From Candidatus Zixiibacteriota bacterium (lineage in GTDB: Bacteria > RBG-13-66-14 > B26-G2 > WVWN01), in NCBI GenBank assembly GCA_050117845.1, contig JASFLY010000003.1, positions 24,851-88,850 of the forward strand: a DNA stretch of 64,000 nt, given 5' to 3'. The notes under the pieces were generated by a model. The model was not told the DNA's origin, ran no database searches, and saw only the letters and a list, made by a program, of their open reading frames with translations. Below, one piece after another: positions 28,972 through 37,910 of this stretch (positions are counted from its first letter, which is position 1; each line of letters begins with the position of its first letter). A program made the position numbers and the translations under genes.

Positions 28972-29816
28972 GGATTCTCCTCGAGTTCGCTATTCCCCGG
29001 CAACGGTACCGTCGTCCGTTCCCGCCGGGAGAAAGTTATATATTCCTCGTATCCCGCGTCGCGGGCGAGTTCCACCGCCCGGGCGAATTCGTGCCCCACT
29101 TCATCGGGCCGGTGGGCGTCCGAACCGAACGTTACGGGTATCCCGGCCTCCCGGGCCCGCCTCAACAGGTCCGGCCGCGGATATATCTCGCCCACCGTTT
29201 TCCTGAGGCCGCCCGTATTTATTTCCATTACCATACGCGCCGCCGCCACCGCCGCCAGGGCGGCGTCCTCGGCGTCGGTCACGTCGTCCTCGGGGAAACG
29301 GCCGAACTTCTTCGGTATGTCCGGATGCCCCCAGACGTCGTACAGGCCGGTCCGGGCCATATCCGCAACCAGGCCGTAGTAGTCGCGATAAAGCGCCGTC
29401 ATGTCGGCCCGGCGGTATCGTTCCAGGCCCCGGCTGTCGTCGAAGGGCCAATCGCCGATCCAGTGCACCGACCCGTAGACGTAATCGAACGGCAACGGCG
29501 CCAGGACCTCCGCCAACCGGCCCTCCTGCCCTGGGATGTAGTCCGCCTCCACGCCCAGGAGTATAGGCGCTCCCGCCTCCTCCCGGACCCGTAAAACGTC
29601 CTCGACGTAAGCCGGCAACTCCTCGTACGGCATCGCGAGCTCGGGGTCGGCCATGGAGGGGTCGAGAAACGGAAGGTGGTCGTTGAAACCCACTCCGGCC
29701 AAGCGAGCGCCGGCCGTCGCATATTCGGCCAGCGTTCCCTCGGCGTGGCCGCAACGCGCCGTATGGACGTGATGGTCGACCGGGAGCCGGCCGCCGGACC
29801 GGGCGCTACTCACCAT
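28968..29816 (-). CDS. PHP-domain histidinol-phosphatase family protein (HisK/HisJ type)
   Basis: Metal-binding PHP motifs (…[15 protein letters not shown]…, …[11 protein letters not shown]…, …[12 protein letters not shown]…, …[14 protein letters not shown]…). Confidence 0.75.
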   Translation of the reverse strand: MVSSARSGGRLPVDHHVHTARCGHAEGTLAEYATAGARLAGVGFNDHLPFLDPSMADPELAMPYEELPAYVEDVLRVREEAGAPILLGVEADYIPGQEGRLAEVLAPLPFDYVYGSVHWIGDWPFDDSRGLERYRRADMTALYRDYYGLVADMARTGLYDVWGHPDIPKKFGRFPEDDVTDAEDAALAAVAAARMVMEINTGGLRKTVGEIYPRPDLLRRAREAGIPVTFGSDAHRPDEVGHEFARAVELARDAGYEEYITFSRRERTTVPLPGNSELEENP

Positions 29817-30450
29817 CCTCCTCTATCTCCTCGTCGTCGAGCGGCGGGAACTCGTCCGCCGGAAGGTCTTCCGGCCCCCCCTCGTCCGTCGTCCCCTTTT
29901 CATCGGACTTCAGGTAATCGTCGATAAGTTTCTTGACATCCAGACCCTCGTACCCTTCACCCCGTATCTTCTTCATTACGGCGCCGTACAGCGCCGGGGC
30001 GACCTTGACGACGTGCGGCCCCAAAAAGCTGCTTCCCAGGTCCCGTTCAAGTTTCGGGAAAAACGGGAAGAGCGCTAGAATGAGCGCCACGACGCTCGCG
30101 AAGATAATGCCCCGGGCCGCCCCGAACGCGCCCCCGGCCAGACGGTCGAACCAGCCCACGAAAAGGCGTTTCGCCCCCTTGTGGAGTACGTGCCCCAACC
30201 AACTTACGCCGGCCGCGATGACGCAGAACACGACGGCGAACGCGATTAAGTTCCCCATCCCCGGCTTGGCGTCCAACCACCCCTCGACGCTCCACCCCAG
30301 CGCCTCGTACGACCGGAGGCCGGCGAAGAGACCCAGAATAATGCCGCCCAGGTTGAATACCTCCCGGAGGATACCGCGCCGGAGGCCCATTACGCAATTC
30401 GCGGCGACGATTATCGCGAGTACGACGTCGACCCAGTTAAGGCTTCGCAT
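29806..30450 (-). CDS. cvpA: CvpA family membrane protein
   Basis: MRSLNWVDVVLAIIVAANCVMGLRRGILREVFNLGGIILGLFAGLRSYE…; 4 TM helices and an acidic C-terminal tail. Confidence 0.7.
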   Translation of the reverse strand: MRSLNWVDVVLAIIVAANCVMGLRRGILREVFNLGGIILGLFAGLRSYEALGWSVEGWLDAKPGMGNLIAFAVVFCVIAAGVSWLGHVLHKGAKRLFVGWFDRLAGGAFGAARGIIFASVVALILALFPFFPKLERDLGSSFLGPHVVKVAPALYGAVMKKIRGEGYEGLDVKKLIDDYLKSDEKGTTDEGGPEDLPADEFPPLDDEEIEEDGE

Positions 30451-31043
30451 CCGACTTCCTCGCTTGGCGTAAGTAGTAGTGCTTGATCTCGGCCCACGAG
30501 CAGGCTTCGGTCTGTTCGTTCTCGAGAACGCGGGGGCTCCCCGAACCGGTCTTGTCGGTCAGGCCGACGATAAGCCAGGGGGCGTCGGCGTCCGCCCGGC
30601 CGAAATCGAAAATGACGTCGCCGCGGGCGTAAAAGCAGAAAGTGGGCTCGCGCCACACGCGGACGCGCACGTCCATCGGCAGGGACGAAAATGAGGTCGC
30701 CCCCTCCCGTGGCACCCCCACGGCTTCATCCTTCGTAACCATCTCGAAAACGATGTGGAAGGCCTCCGCGAATAGGGCCCGGCTCGCCTCCATCTCCTCG
30801 TCGTAACCCCAGCGCTCCGGGAAGCCGTCCGGCGGATTCTCGACGCGCGCTTCGAACGCGCCCGGGGAAAACAGGGCGGCGTACGCCTCGAAGTCCGGCG
30901 CATTGTAAGCCAATTTTAATGTATACAGGGTAGCGGCGGGCGTGGGGACGGACTTCTTCGGAGGCGGCGGGGCCGGGCCGCCGCAGGACGCCGCGAACGC
31001 GGCCGCGCCCAACGCCGCGCCGAGACGCAAAGCGTTCCGTATC
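30437..31043 (-). CDS. Hypothetical lipoprotein (~200 aa)
   Basis: The real start is probably the GTG giving MIRNALRLGAALGAAAFAASCGG… (lipobox). The upstream 340-aa track ORF is a spurious Arg/Gly-rich extension overlapping thiDN. Confidence 0.5.
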
Positions 31044-31044
31044 A

Positions 31045-32412
31045 CTAAAGCCTTCGAGATATCGCTACCGCCCGACGCACGACCTCGATGGCGTCGCGCC
31101 CGAAGAGCCGCACCATCGGTTCCTTCCCGACGGCCCCGCAGTCGTATACCACGTCCGGCACGGCCTCGTTTCCCCCGGCCGCCGCCCGGCCGACGCCCCA
31201 TTGCAGCGTCGTCCCCTCGGCGGAGGCGTCTTCCTCCGGCTCGTCGCCCCGGTCGAAACTCGCCATCCGATAACCCAACTCCGAACAGGCCGCTATAACG
31301 TCCTCGCCGTAACGGACGTTCATGGCCGCCCGGTACGACGGGTCGTATTTCATCACCGTCTTCACCGCCCGGGCCATATGGCCGCTGGCGCCGAAGGCCG
31401 GGTGGCCGTACGATTCCACGCCGTGGTTTATCCGGATTATCCTGCCCGGCACCGCGCATATCTCGCTTTCGTCGTGTGCCGTCGGGAGGGCGTAAACGAT
31501 ATTGGTTCCGACCTCCGGTATAAGCTTGTACGTATTGGCCGCCGCGCTGAAGATGTTAACGGCGCGCGCGACGTTATTGTATACCCGCCAGCGTTCGGCG
31601 TCGTCGAACACGGCCGCCGTCCGGTTCGGGACCCGTACCCCGGTCCCCGGTGCGTACGCGGCCGCCACGGCCGCCGTCGCGTATTCCTCGGCCTGCTGGA
31701 ACGCCGCCATGAGGTCGAGCCCCTGGGCCATGTATCCGGCGATAGCGGCCGCTATCAAGCAACCCGTGCCGTGGATATTCCCGGCGACGCGGGTCCGCCG
31801 GTATTCCCGCATCTCGGAACCCGTGAATAAAATGTCCGCGACGTCGCCGTCGCCGCCGTCGTCGCCGATATGGCCGCCGGTCGCCAGGACCGCGGGGCCG
31901 TAACGGCTCTGGAATACGCGAACCTGCGTCCGCAGTTCCCCCTGGTTCGCGGCCGGTTGGTCACCGATGAGGCTCGCGAGTTCGAGCGTGTTCGGCGTGA
32001 CGAGCGTTACCCGGGGCAACACCACGTCGCCGAATATCTTTTCCGGAACTCCCTCATACAGGGGCTGGCCGTTCCCCGCTACCGTAACGGGGTCGAATAC
32101 GACAGGCACGCCGGCGTCAAGCCATCGCGTTAGGTACGGGTCGAGCGCGTGGACCAGCACGTCCGAGGCCAACATGCCCAACTTGACGGCACCGACGTCG
32201 ACGTCCTCGAGGAGCGCGTCGAGTTGCGCTACCATGTCACGTTCGGCGACGGCCCCGAAACCGGATACGCCGCGCGTACTCTGGTACGTCAAAGCCGTCG
32301 CGACCGAGACGCCGTGAACGCCGATTACGGCGAAACTGATACAATCCGCCGTTATGCCGGCCCCGGTGGAGGGGTCCAATCCGCCGATAGCCAAAGCGAC
32401 TTTCCTACTCAT
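31045..32412 (-). CDS. thiDN: Bifunctional hydroxymethylpyrimidine/phosphomethylpyrimidine kinase ThiD fused to a C-terminal ThiN-type thiamine-phosphate synthase-like domain
   Basis: N-terminal ThiD (…VALAIGGLDPSTGAGITADC…HGVSVATALTYQ…VKLGMLAS…); the C-terminal ~190 aa (…LIPEVGTNIVYALPTAHDESEICAVPGRIIRINHGVESYGHPAFGASGHMARAVKTVMKYDPSYRAAMNVRYGEDVIAA…) resemble archaeal ThiN. Confidence 0.75.
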   Translation of the reverse strand: MSRKVALAIGGLDPSTGAGITADCISFAVIGVHGVSVATALTYQSTRGVSGFGAVAERDMVAQLDALLEDVDVGAVKLGMLASDVLVHALDPYLTRWLDAGVPVVFDPVTVAGNGQPLYEGVPEKIFGDVVLPRVTLVTPNTLELASLIGDQPAANQGELRTQVRVFQSRYGPAVLATGGHIGDDGGDGDVADILFTGSEMREYRRTRVAGNIHGTGCLIAAAIAGYMAQGLDLMAAFQQAEEYATAAVAAAYAPGTGVRVPNRTAAVFDDAERWRVYNNVARAVNIFSAAANTYKLIPEVGTNIVYALPTAHDESEICAVPGRIIRINHGVESYGHPAFGASGHMARAVKTVMKYDPSYRAAMNVRYGEDVIAACSELGYRMASFDRGDEPEEDASAEGTTLQWGVGRAAAGGNEAVPDVVYDCGAVGKEPMVRLFGRDAIEVVRRAVAISRRL

Positions 32413-33577
32413 CCGCGTCTCCCTCGCTTTCGGCCGTACCGGCCTTCACGACGGCCTCGCCCCCTTCTTCCGCCGCTTTCTTCTCGTACTCCTCGAAAAC
32501 CTCGTCGGGTATCAATAAATCAGCGTCTTCCGGTATCTCGACGACTTTAAGCTTACTCCCGTCGACGATATGAATGGGCATCTTATCGCTCCCAAGGTAA
32601 TTGTAAGGATCGACCGGAACGCCGTTGATGCGGACCTCGTAGTGAAGGTGGCTGCCGGTCGCCAGGCCGGTAGCCCCGACGCGACCGATTATATCGTTCC
32701 GCTCGACCCGGTCCCCTTTCTTGACGTCGGCGGTCGACAGGTGGCCGTAGCGAGTCGTGAAACCGCCGCCGTGGTCCAGGAAAATTACCTGGCCGTAATA
32801 GGGATACGGCCCGGCCGTCGTTACTACGCCCTCCGCCGGGGCCCGTACGGCCGTTCCCAGAGGCGCCGCTATGTCGAGGCCCACGTGCACGCGGCCTCGC
32901 CACCGGCGGGCGCCGAAGTACGACGTTATGACGCCCGTGACAGGCGTCATGTCGGGCACGTCGGCCAAAAGCGACTTGCGCCGTTCCAACAAGCGCCGCA
33001 GGACCAGGAACTCCTTTTCGCAGCCGCGGCAATCCAGGTACAACTGGGACTCGTGCCGCCGGGCCTCTAGGCCGAAGCGTTCCTCGTCGAGACGATACAA
33101 GGCGTCAAAATAATCCGCTTCCGTTAACGCCGGCCCGCCGGAGCCCAATTCCTTGGCCGATTTCGCGTCCAGCTTGAACCCGGCCATTATTCTGAGGTCG
33201 GTGTAAAACTTGTCCAACCTCTTGAGCGCGGCGTCAAGCTCCTCGACGCGCAAGGCGTAATCGTCGCGTTCTTTCTGTACCTCGAAACTGAGTTTGGATA
33301 TAACCTCGTCGCGGCGCGCGATTTCGGTAGTAAGGTCGGCGTTCGTCGCCTCGAGGTCCCGGTTGCGCTCGAAGGTAGGGTTTACGGCCTTTTCCATGGC
33401 CCGGAAATTGTAATACAGGGTGACCGCAACACCCGTTACGGCCGCCGTTGTGCATAATATGAACGCCAGTCCCGCGACGATGATATGGCGATGGAGGTAT
33501 ATCGACCGGGATCGCCCCGAGGAATGCGAACATATCATCAACGTATAGTCTCTTTTAAACATATCGCTACCGTCCAA
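32405..33577 (-). CDS. M23 family metallopeptidase (TM anchor, coiled coil, LytM domain)
   Basis: …GVHVGLDIAAPLGTAVRAPAEGVV…VIFLDHGGGFTTRYGHLS…SHLHYEVRINGVPVDP. Confidence 0.8.
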   Translation of the reverse strand: MDGSDMFKRDYTLMICSHSSGRSRSIYLHRHIIVAGLAFILCTTAAVTGVAVTLYYNFRAMEKAVNPTFERNRDLEATNADLTTEIARRDEVISKLSFEVQKERDDYALRVEELDAALKRLDKFYTDLRIMAGFKLDAKSAKELGSGGPALTEADYFDALYRLDEERFGLEARRHESQLYLDCRGCEKEFLVLRRLLERRKSLLADVPDMTPVTGVITSYFGARRWRGRVHVGLDIAAPLGTAVRAPAEGVVTTAGPYPYYGQVIFLDHGGGFTTRYGHLSTADVKKGDRVERNDIIGRVGATGLATGSHLHYEVRINGVPVDPYNYLGSDKMPIHIVDGSKLKVVEIPEDADLLIPDEVFEEYEKKAAEEGGEAVVKAGTAESEGDADE

Positions 33578-33643
33578 TATAGGACGTAAATTCTACCAGA
33601 AAGCGGCCGTTAAATCAACGGCGCAGCCGGCCGCCGGCCGGTT

Positions 33644-33673
33644 AAAAAAACCCCGGCGCCGGGCCGGGGTTTG
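33644..33673 (-). terminator. Rho-independent terminator at the 3' end of the nuo operon
   Basis: On the + strand: aaaaaaaCCCCGGCgccggGCCGGGGttt. On the minus strand the hairpin is followed by TTTTTTT immediately after the nuoN stop. Confidence 0.55.
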
Positions 33674-33686
33674 GGATTCCTGGGAA

Positions 33687-35207
33687 TTATATTACGGGTA
33701 TGGCGAGAAGCAGAGGTTCGATAGCGCCTCGGGCCCAGGTTACGAGCAGGTGCGGCCAAACGCCGAGGAGAAGCGTGAACAGGACGCAAATCAACAGGAC
33801 CACCGCCGCCGCCGCGGGAACGCCCCGCACGTCCTCGCCCTCGCCTTTGTCGAAGTACATCGGCTTCAATATACGGGCGTAGAGGAAGAGCGCGGCCACA
33901 CTGGCCAGTATCGCGACGACCGCCAGGAAGATGTAGTTGCCGGCGACGAGCGCGGCCAGTATATAGAATTTCGCGAAGAACCCGGCGAGGGGCGGTATCC
34001 CGGCCAGGGCCAGAAGGAATACCGACAACGCGACGGCGAGCAGCGGGTGCCGCCGTCCCATGCCGGCGTAACTATCGAGGTCGTACTTGCCCGTAACGTG
34101 GCCTATGACGGCCACCGTGCCGAAGGCTCCGACGTTCATCGCCGCGTAAAGGGCGAGGTACACCAGAACCGACGAGAAGCCGATAGCCGTATCGGCGACG
34201 ATGCCGAGCAGAACGAAGCCGGCGTGGGCGATGGAGGAATACGCGAGTATGCGCCGCACGTCCTTTTGTACGATACCGATGACGACGCCGAAAACCATCG
34301 ACGCGATAGCGAGAGCCCCGAGGTATTTCGTCCAACCACCGTAGACCATGTTAAGCGGCCCGTGCAACGCCAGGACCAACCTCATTATAACGGCGAACCC
34401 GGAAGCCTTTGAAGCGACCGACAGGAACGCCGCTATCGGCGTGGGCGCGCCCTGATAGGCGTCGGGGGCCCACATGTGGAAGGGCACCGCCGAGATTTTA
34501 TAACCCAGGCCAACGAGGATAAGGGCGAACGCCAGGAAGATGAATCCGGCCGGCATCGTGGCCGCGGCACCGGTAGTCGGCGCCAGGACGGACAGGCAGC
34601 TCCCCGCCCCGCAGAACCATTCCACGTGGGGCAGGTTCTGCGCGATAACGCCCAGGTCCGTGGACCCGCTCATCCCGTAAAGGAGCGTGAATCCGAGCAG
34701 CATCACCGCCGAGGCCACGGCCCCATAGAGGAAATACTTGAGGCCCGCCTCCGCGGAGAAACGGTCGCCGCGGAGGTATCCGACCAGGACGTAGGAAAGG
34801 ATACTCGAGAACTCGATGGCGACGTAGATAAGGATGAGGTTGGTGGAGGACGCCATGAAGGCGACGGCGCAGGTAACGAGCATCAAAAGCGCGTAGTATT
34901 CCGGCCGGTCCCGGTCGCCGAGCGGCCCGTAGCCGGCCGACAACAGCGCCACCAGCGCGAGCGTCGCCGTGAATATCACCGTAAAGACCACGAAGAGGGG
35001 GTCGACGGTCAACGCCCCGAACCAGGAGGTCGCGGGTCGGACCCAGAGCCATATCGCGGCCGCTGCCGCCGCGGCGGCCACGACGACCGTGTAGTAGGGC
35101 GCCACGGCCCCGGCGAAGCGCCGCGACATAAGGCCGATGCAGACCAGCAACATCGCGCCGCCGGCGAGGATCATATGGGGCGAAAGGCTAAGCCAGTTGA
35201 ATTCCAT
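33687..35207 (-). CDS. nuoN: NADH-quinone oxidoreductase subunit N
   Basis: 506-aa polytopic antiporter-like subunit with NuoN-type sequence; last gene of the operon. Confidence 0.9.
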   Translation of the reverse strand: MEFNWLSLSPHMILAGGAMLLVCIGLMSRRFAGAVAPYYTVVVAAAAAAAAIWLWVRPATSWFGALTVDPLFVVFTVIFTATLALVALLSAGYGPLGDRDRPEYYALLMLVTCAVAFMASSTNLILIYVAIEFSSILSYVLVGYLRGDRFSAEAGLKYFLYGAVASAVMLLGFTLLYGMSGSTDLGVIAQNLPHVEWFCGAGSCLSVLAPTTGAAATMPAGFIFLAFALILVGLGYKISAVPFHMWAPDAYQGAPTPIAAFLSVASKASGFAVIMRLVLALHGPLNMVYGGWTKYLGALAIASMVFGVVIGIVQKDVRRILAYSSIAHAGFVLLGIVADTAIGFSSVLVYLALYAAMNVGAFGTVAVIGHVTGKYDLDSYAGMGRRHPLLAVALSVFLLALAGIPPLAGFFAKFYILAALVAGNYIFLAVVAILASVAALFLYARILKPMYFDKGEGEDVRGVPAAAAVVLLICVLFTLLLGVWPHLLVTWARGAIEPLLLAIPVI

Positions 35208-35220
35208 AATCGTACGCCGC

Positions 35221-36705
35221 TTACTTGAGCGCCATCATAAAGCGCGAGAGTTCGGACAGCGCCGGGTCCATTAGCTTTATCAGGATCGACGGGTAAACGC
35301 CGATAAGAACCATAAGTATCATGAGCGGGATGACGGTCACGAGTTCGCGGAAATTGATGTCCGGCAGGTCCGCCCAGCGCTCGTTCAACTTGCCCAGGAA
35401 CATCCGGCGGATGGTCCAGAGGAAATACCCCGCGGTGATGACGATGCCCGCGCCGGAGATTATAACCAGCACCGGGTATACGGGGAAGGCGCCGGCCAGA
35501 GACAGGAACTCGGACACGAAGCCGGACAGGCCGGGCAGGCCGAGCGAGGCGAACATCGTGAACGACATGATGCCGACGTAAACCGGTACGCGAACCGCCA
35601 GGCCGCTGAAGGCCTCGATTTGCCGGGTGTGGGCGCGGTCGTAAAGGACGCCCACCAAAAGGAACAACGCGCCCGTGATGATGCCGTGGTTGACCATCTG
35701 CATCATGGCGCCGTTGAGGCCCGTGGGCGTCATGGCCGCGGCGCCGAGCAGCACGAAGCCCATGTGGCCCACCGACGAGTACGCGATGAGCTTCTTCAGG
35801 TCCTTCTGCGCCATTGCGACCAGTGAGCCATATACGATGTTAATCACGCCCAATATCGCGAGGGGCCACGAGAACCAGTGCGCGCCCGTCGGCAATATGG
35901 GGTACGAGATGCGCAATAGGCCGTACCCGCCCATCTTCAGGAGGACGCCGGCCAGCAGGACCGATATCGCGGTCGGCGCCTCGACGTGGGCGTCGGGCAA
36001 CCACGTGTGGAACGGGAAGACAGGCACTTTAATCGCGAACCCCACGTATAAGGCCAGGAAGACGATAATCTGGAAGGTCCGGACGAAGTTCCCCTGCTGA
36101 CGCATGAGTTCCAGCATGTCGAAGGTGTGCGGCTGGGACGTGAAGTAGAGCGCCAGTATCCCCAGGAGCATTATTACGCTCCCCAGCAGGGTGTAAAGGA
36201 AGAACTTGATGGCGGCGTATTCGCGGCGCTGGCCGCCCCAGATGCCGATGAGGAAGTACATCGGCACCAGCATGACTTCCCAGAATACGTAGAACAGGAA
36301 GAGGTCCAGCGAGACGAACACGCCGAGCATTCCGGCCTCGAGCAGAAGGTACAGCGCGAAATATTCCTTAATGCGTTCTTTAATCGAAAAAGAGGCGATG
36401 GCGGCTAAAACCGATAACAGCGTCGTAAGGATAAACAGCGGCATCGAAAGGCCGTCGATGCCGACGTGGTAAAAGATGTTTATCGACGGAATCCACTGAT
36501 GGATCTCTTCGAATTGCATGGCGCCGGTGATGCCCGGGTCGAACGCCGTCAGGGCCCAAATGGAGAAGCCCAACGCCACGGCGGTAAACGCCACCGCGGT
36601 TGCCCGGATGCCGTTCACCCATCGTTCGGGCAACAGCAACACCACCACCATACCCACGACCGGGGTAAATACGGTTACGGTTAATATGGGAAACGCCATC
36701 GCCAT
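35221..36705 (-). CDS. nuoM: NADH-quinone oxidoreductase subunit M
   Basis: 494 aa; …FYVFWEVMLVPMYFLIGIWGG…HTWLPDAHVEAPTAISVLLAGVLLKMGGYG…. Confidence 0.9.
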   Translation of the reverse strand: MAMAFPILTVTVFTPVVGMVVVLLLPERWVNGIRATAVAFTAVALGFSIWALTAFDPGITGAMQFEEIHQWIPSINIFYHVGIDGLSMPLFILTTLLSVLAAIASFSIKERIKEYFALYLLLEAGMLGVFVSLDLFLFYVFWEVMLVPMYFLIGIWGGQRREYAAIKFFLYTLLGSVIMLLGILALYFTSQPHTFDMLELMRQQGNFVRTFQIIVFLALYVGFAIKVPVFPFHTWLPDAHVEAPTAISVLLAGVLLKMGGYGLLRISYPILPTGAHWFSWPLAILGVINIVYGSLVAMAQKDLKKLIAYSSVGHMGFVLLGAAAMTPTGLNGAMMQMVNHGIITGALFLLVGVLYDRAHTRQIEAFSGLAVRVPVYVGIMSFTMFASLGLPGLSGFVSEFLSLAGAFPVYPVLVIISGAGIVITAGYFLWTIRRMFLGKLNERWADLPDINFRELVTVIPLMILMVLIGVYPSILIKLMDPALSELSRFMMALK

Positions 36706-36739
36706 TGCCTCCTACAAGGAATCCTCGCGCCGGCCGCCC

Positions 36740-37333
36740 TTACGGCATACCGGCGAATTTCTCCAATTCTTCGGCCTCGGCCTGCGAGCCGTACGCCGGG
36801 ACCGTGCCCGGCGCCAGCGCGGAATAAACGTACGCGGTGCCGAGGCTTGTCTTCGCCTCGCCGAGCCGGCCCAAATGATATTGCGCCCGGCCCAGGAGGT
36901 GCAGCGCCGCTATCGCCCGGATGGTCTGCGGATAGGCGGCGACGAGCCGTTCGGTTTGCGACGCGACGGTTTCGTAATCGTCGGCCTGTAAGGCCGTTAC
37001 GATATCCTCGTACAGCGCGTCGAGTTCGGGCGGTTCGGGAGGTATCATTTCGAGGTAACGAGTGGCCTTCTCGTCGTCGCCCCGGGCGTCCTCGAGCTGG
37101 CTCAGGACGTAATAGGCCATAAAGCAACCGTCGTCTTCGGCGGCCGCGCGCTCGAAGTTGTCCCGGGCGCCCTTGACGTCGCCCTCGCTTATAGCGTCGT
37201 ACCCCGCCCAGAAATAAGCCCGGCACTCGGCGTCGGCCGAGATTATTTCGGGGAACGGTAATTCCTCGGCCGCGGCGAAACCGACGGCCAGAAACACGCC
37301 AAGTACGAGAGTCGTTAAGTTTCTCTTCAACAT
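36740..37333 (-). CDS. Secreted TPR-like protein (197 aa), hypothetical, embedded between nuoL and nuoM
   Basis: Signal peptide MLKRNLTTLVLGVFLAVGFAAA, then TPR-like helical repeats; 34 nt from nuoM and 4 nt from the upstream hypothetical. Confidence 0.55.
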   Translation of the reverse strand: MLKRNLTTLVLGVFLAVGFAAAEELPFPEIISADAECRAYFWAGYDAISEGDVKGARDNFERAAAEDDGCFMAYYVLSQLEDARGDDEKATRYLEMIPPEPPELDALYEDIVTALQADDYETVASQTERLVAAYPQTIRAIAALHLLGRAQYHLGRLGEAKTSLGTAYVYSALAPGTVPAYGSQAEAEELEKFAGMP

Positions 37334-37337
37334 ATTC

Positions 37338-37910
37338 TTATAGGGCTTTAACTCGGAAAAAAAACGCCGTTTCGCCCTCTCCCGTTTCGGCCGCTTTCAC
37401 GTCGAAGCCGTCGAACGACCAATCCTCGTCCTCTTTCGCGGCCGGAACCACGACGTGAGTCGCTCCGCGGGAAGCCGCCGCCGCCTCGAACCCGGCCATC
37501 AGCGCCTTGAGATCGTTATCGCCGACGCACGGGGCCGCCGCCGCGGCGAGGAGGTAAACCGGCCTTCCCTCTATTCCGGCCCCCTCAAGCACCGCCGGGG
37601 CCCAACCCCCGGTCGGCATATGCGCTCCCCCGAAAAGCCTCGGTCCCGGGGAGCGCCAGGGACGCCGTCGCTTCAGCCACTCCAACGGGGCGCCGGCGTC
37701 GGTCGTTCCGCAAATGACGCCCACGACTTCCGAACCCTCAAGCCCCGCCGTTCCCACGGTGAAGTCGCGATTGGCGTACGCGTCGTAAAACCGCTTAAGT
37801 ACGCCTCGGCCGCCCTTCCCCCGGTAACACCAAACCCGCCCTTCGCCATGGAGCTCCGCGGCTCCCCGGAGATGCGACCGATTTAGCGCGACCAGCCTCA
37901 TCTCCACCAT
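37338..37910 (-). CDS. Hypothetical protein (190 aa), possibly GNAT-like fold; embedded between nuoL and nuoM
   Basis: The ATG start abuts the nuoL stop, and the gene is tightly packed in the operon. The composition is partly Arg/Gly-rich, so the call rests mainly on operon packing. Confidence 0.4.
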   Translation of the reverse strand: MVEMRLVALNRSHLRGAAELHGEGRVWCYRGKGGRGVLKRFYDAYANRDFTVGTAGLEGSEVVGVICGTTDAGAPLEWLKRRRPWRSPGPRLFGGAHMPTGGWAPAVLEGAGIEGRPVYLLAAAAAPCVGDNDLKALMAGFEAAAASRGATHVVVPAAKEDEDWSFDGFDVKAAETGEGETAFFFRVKAL

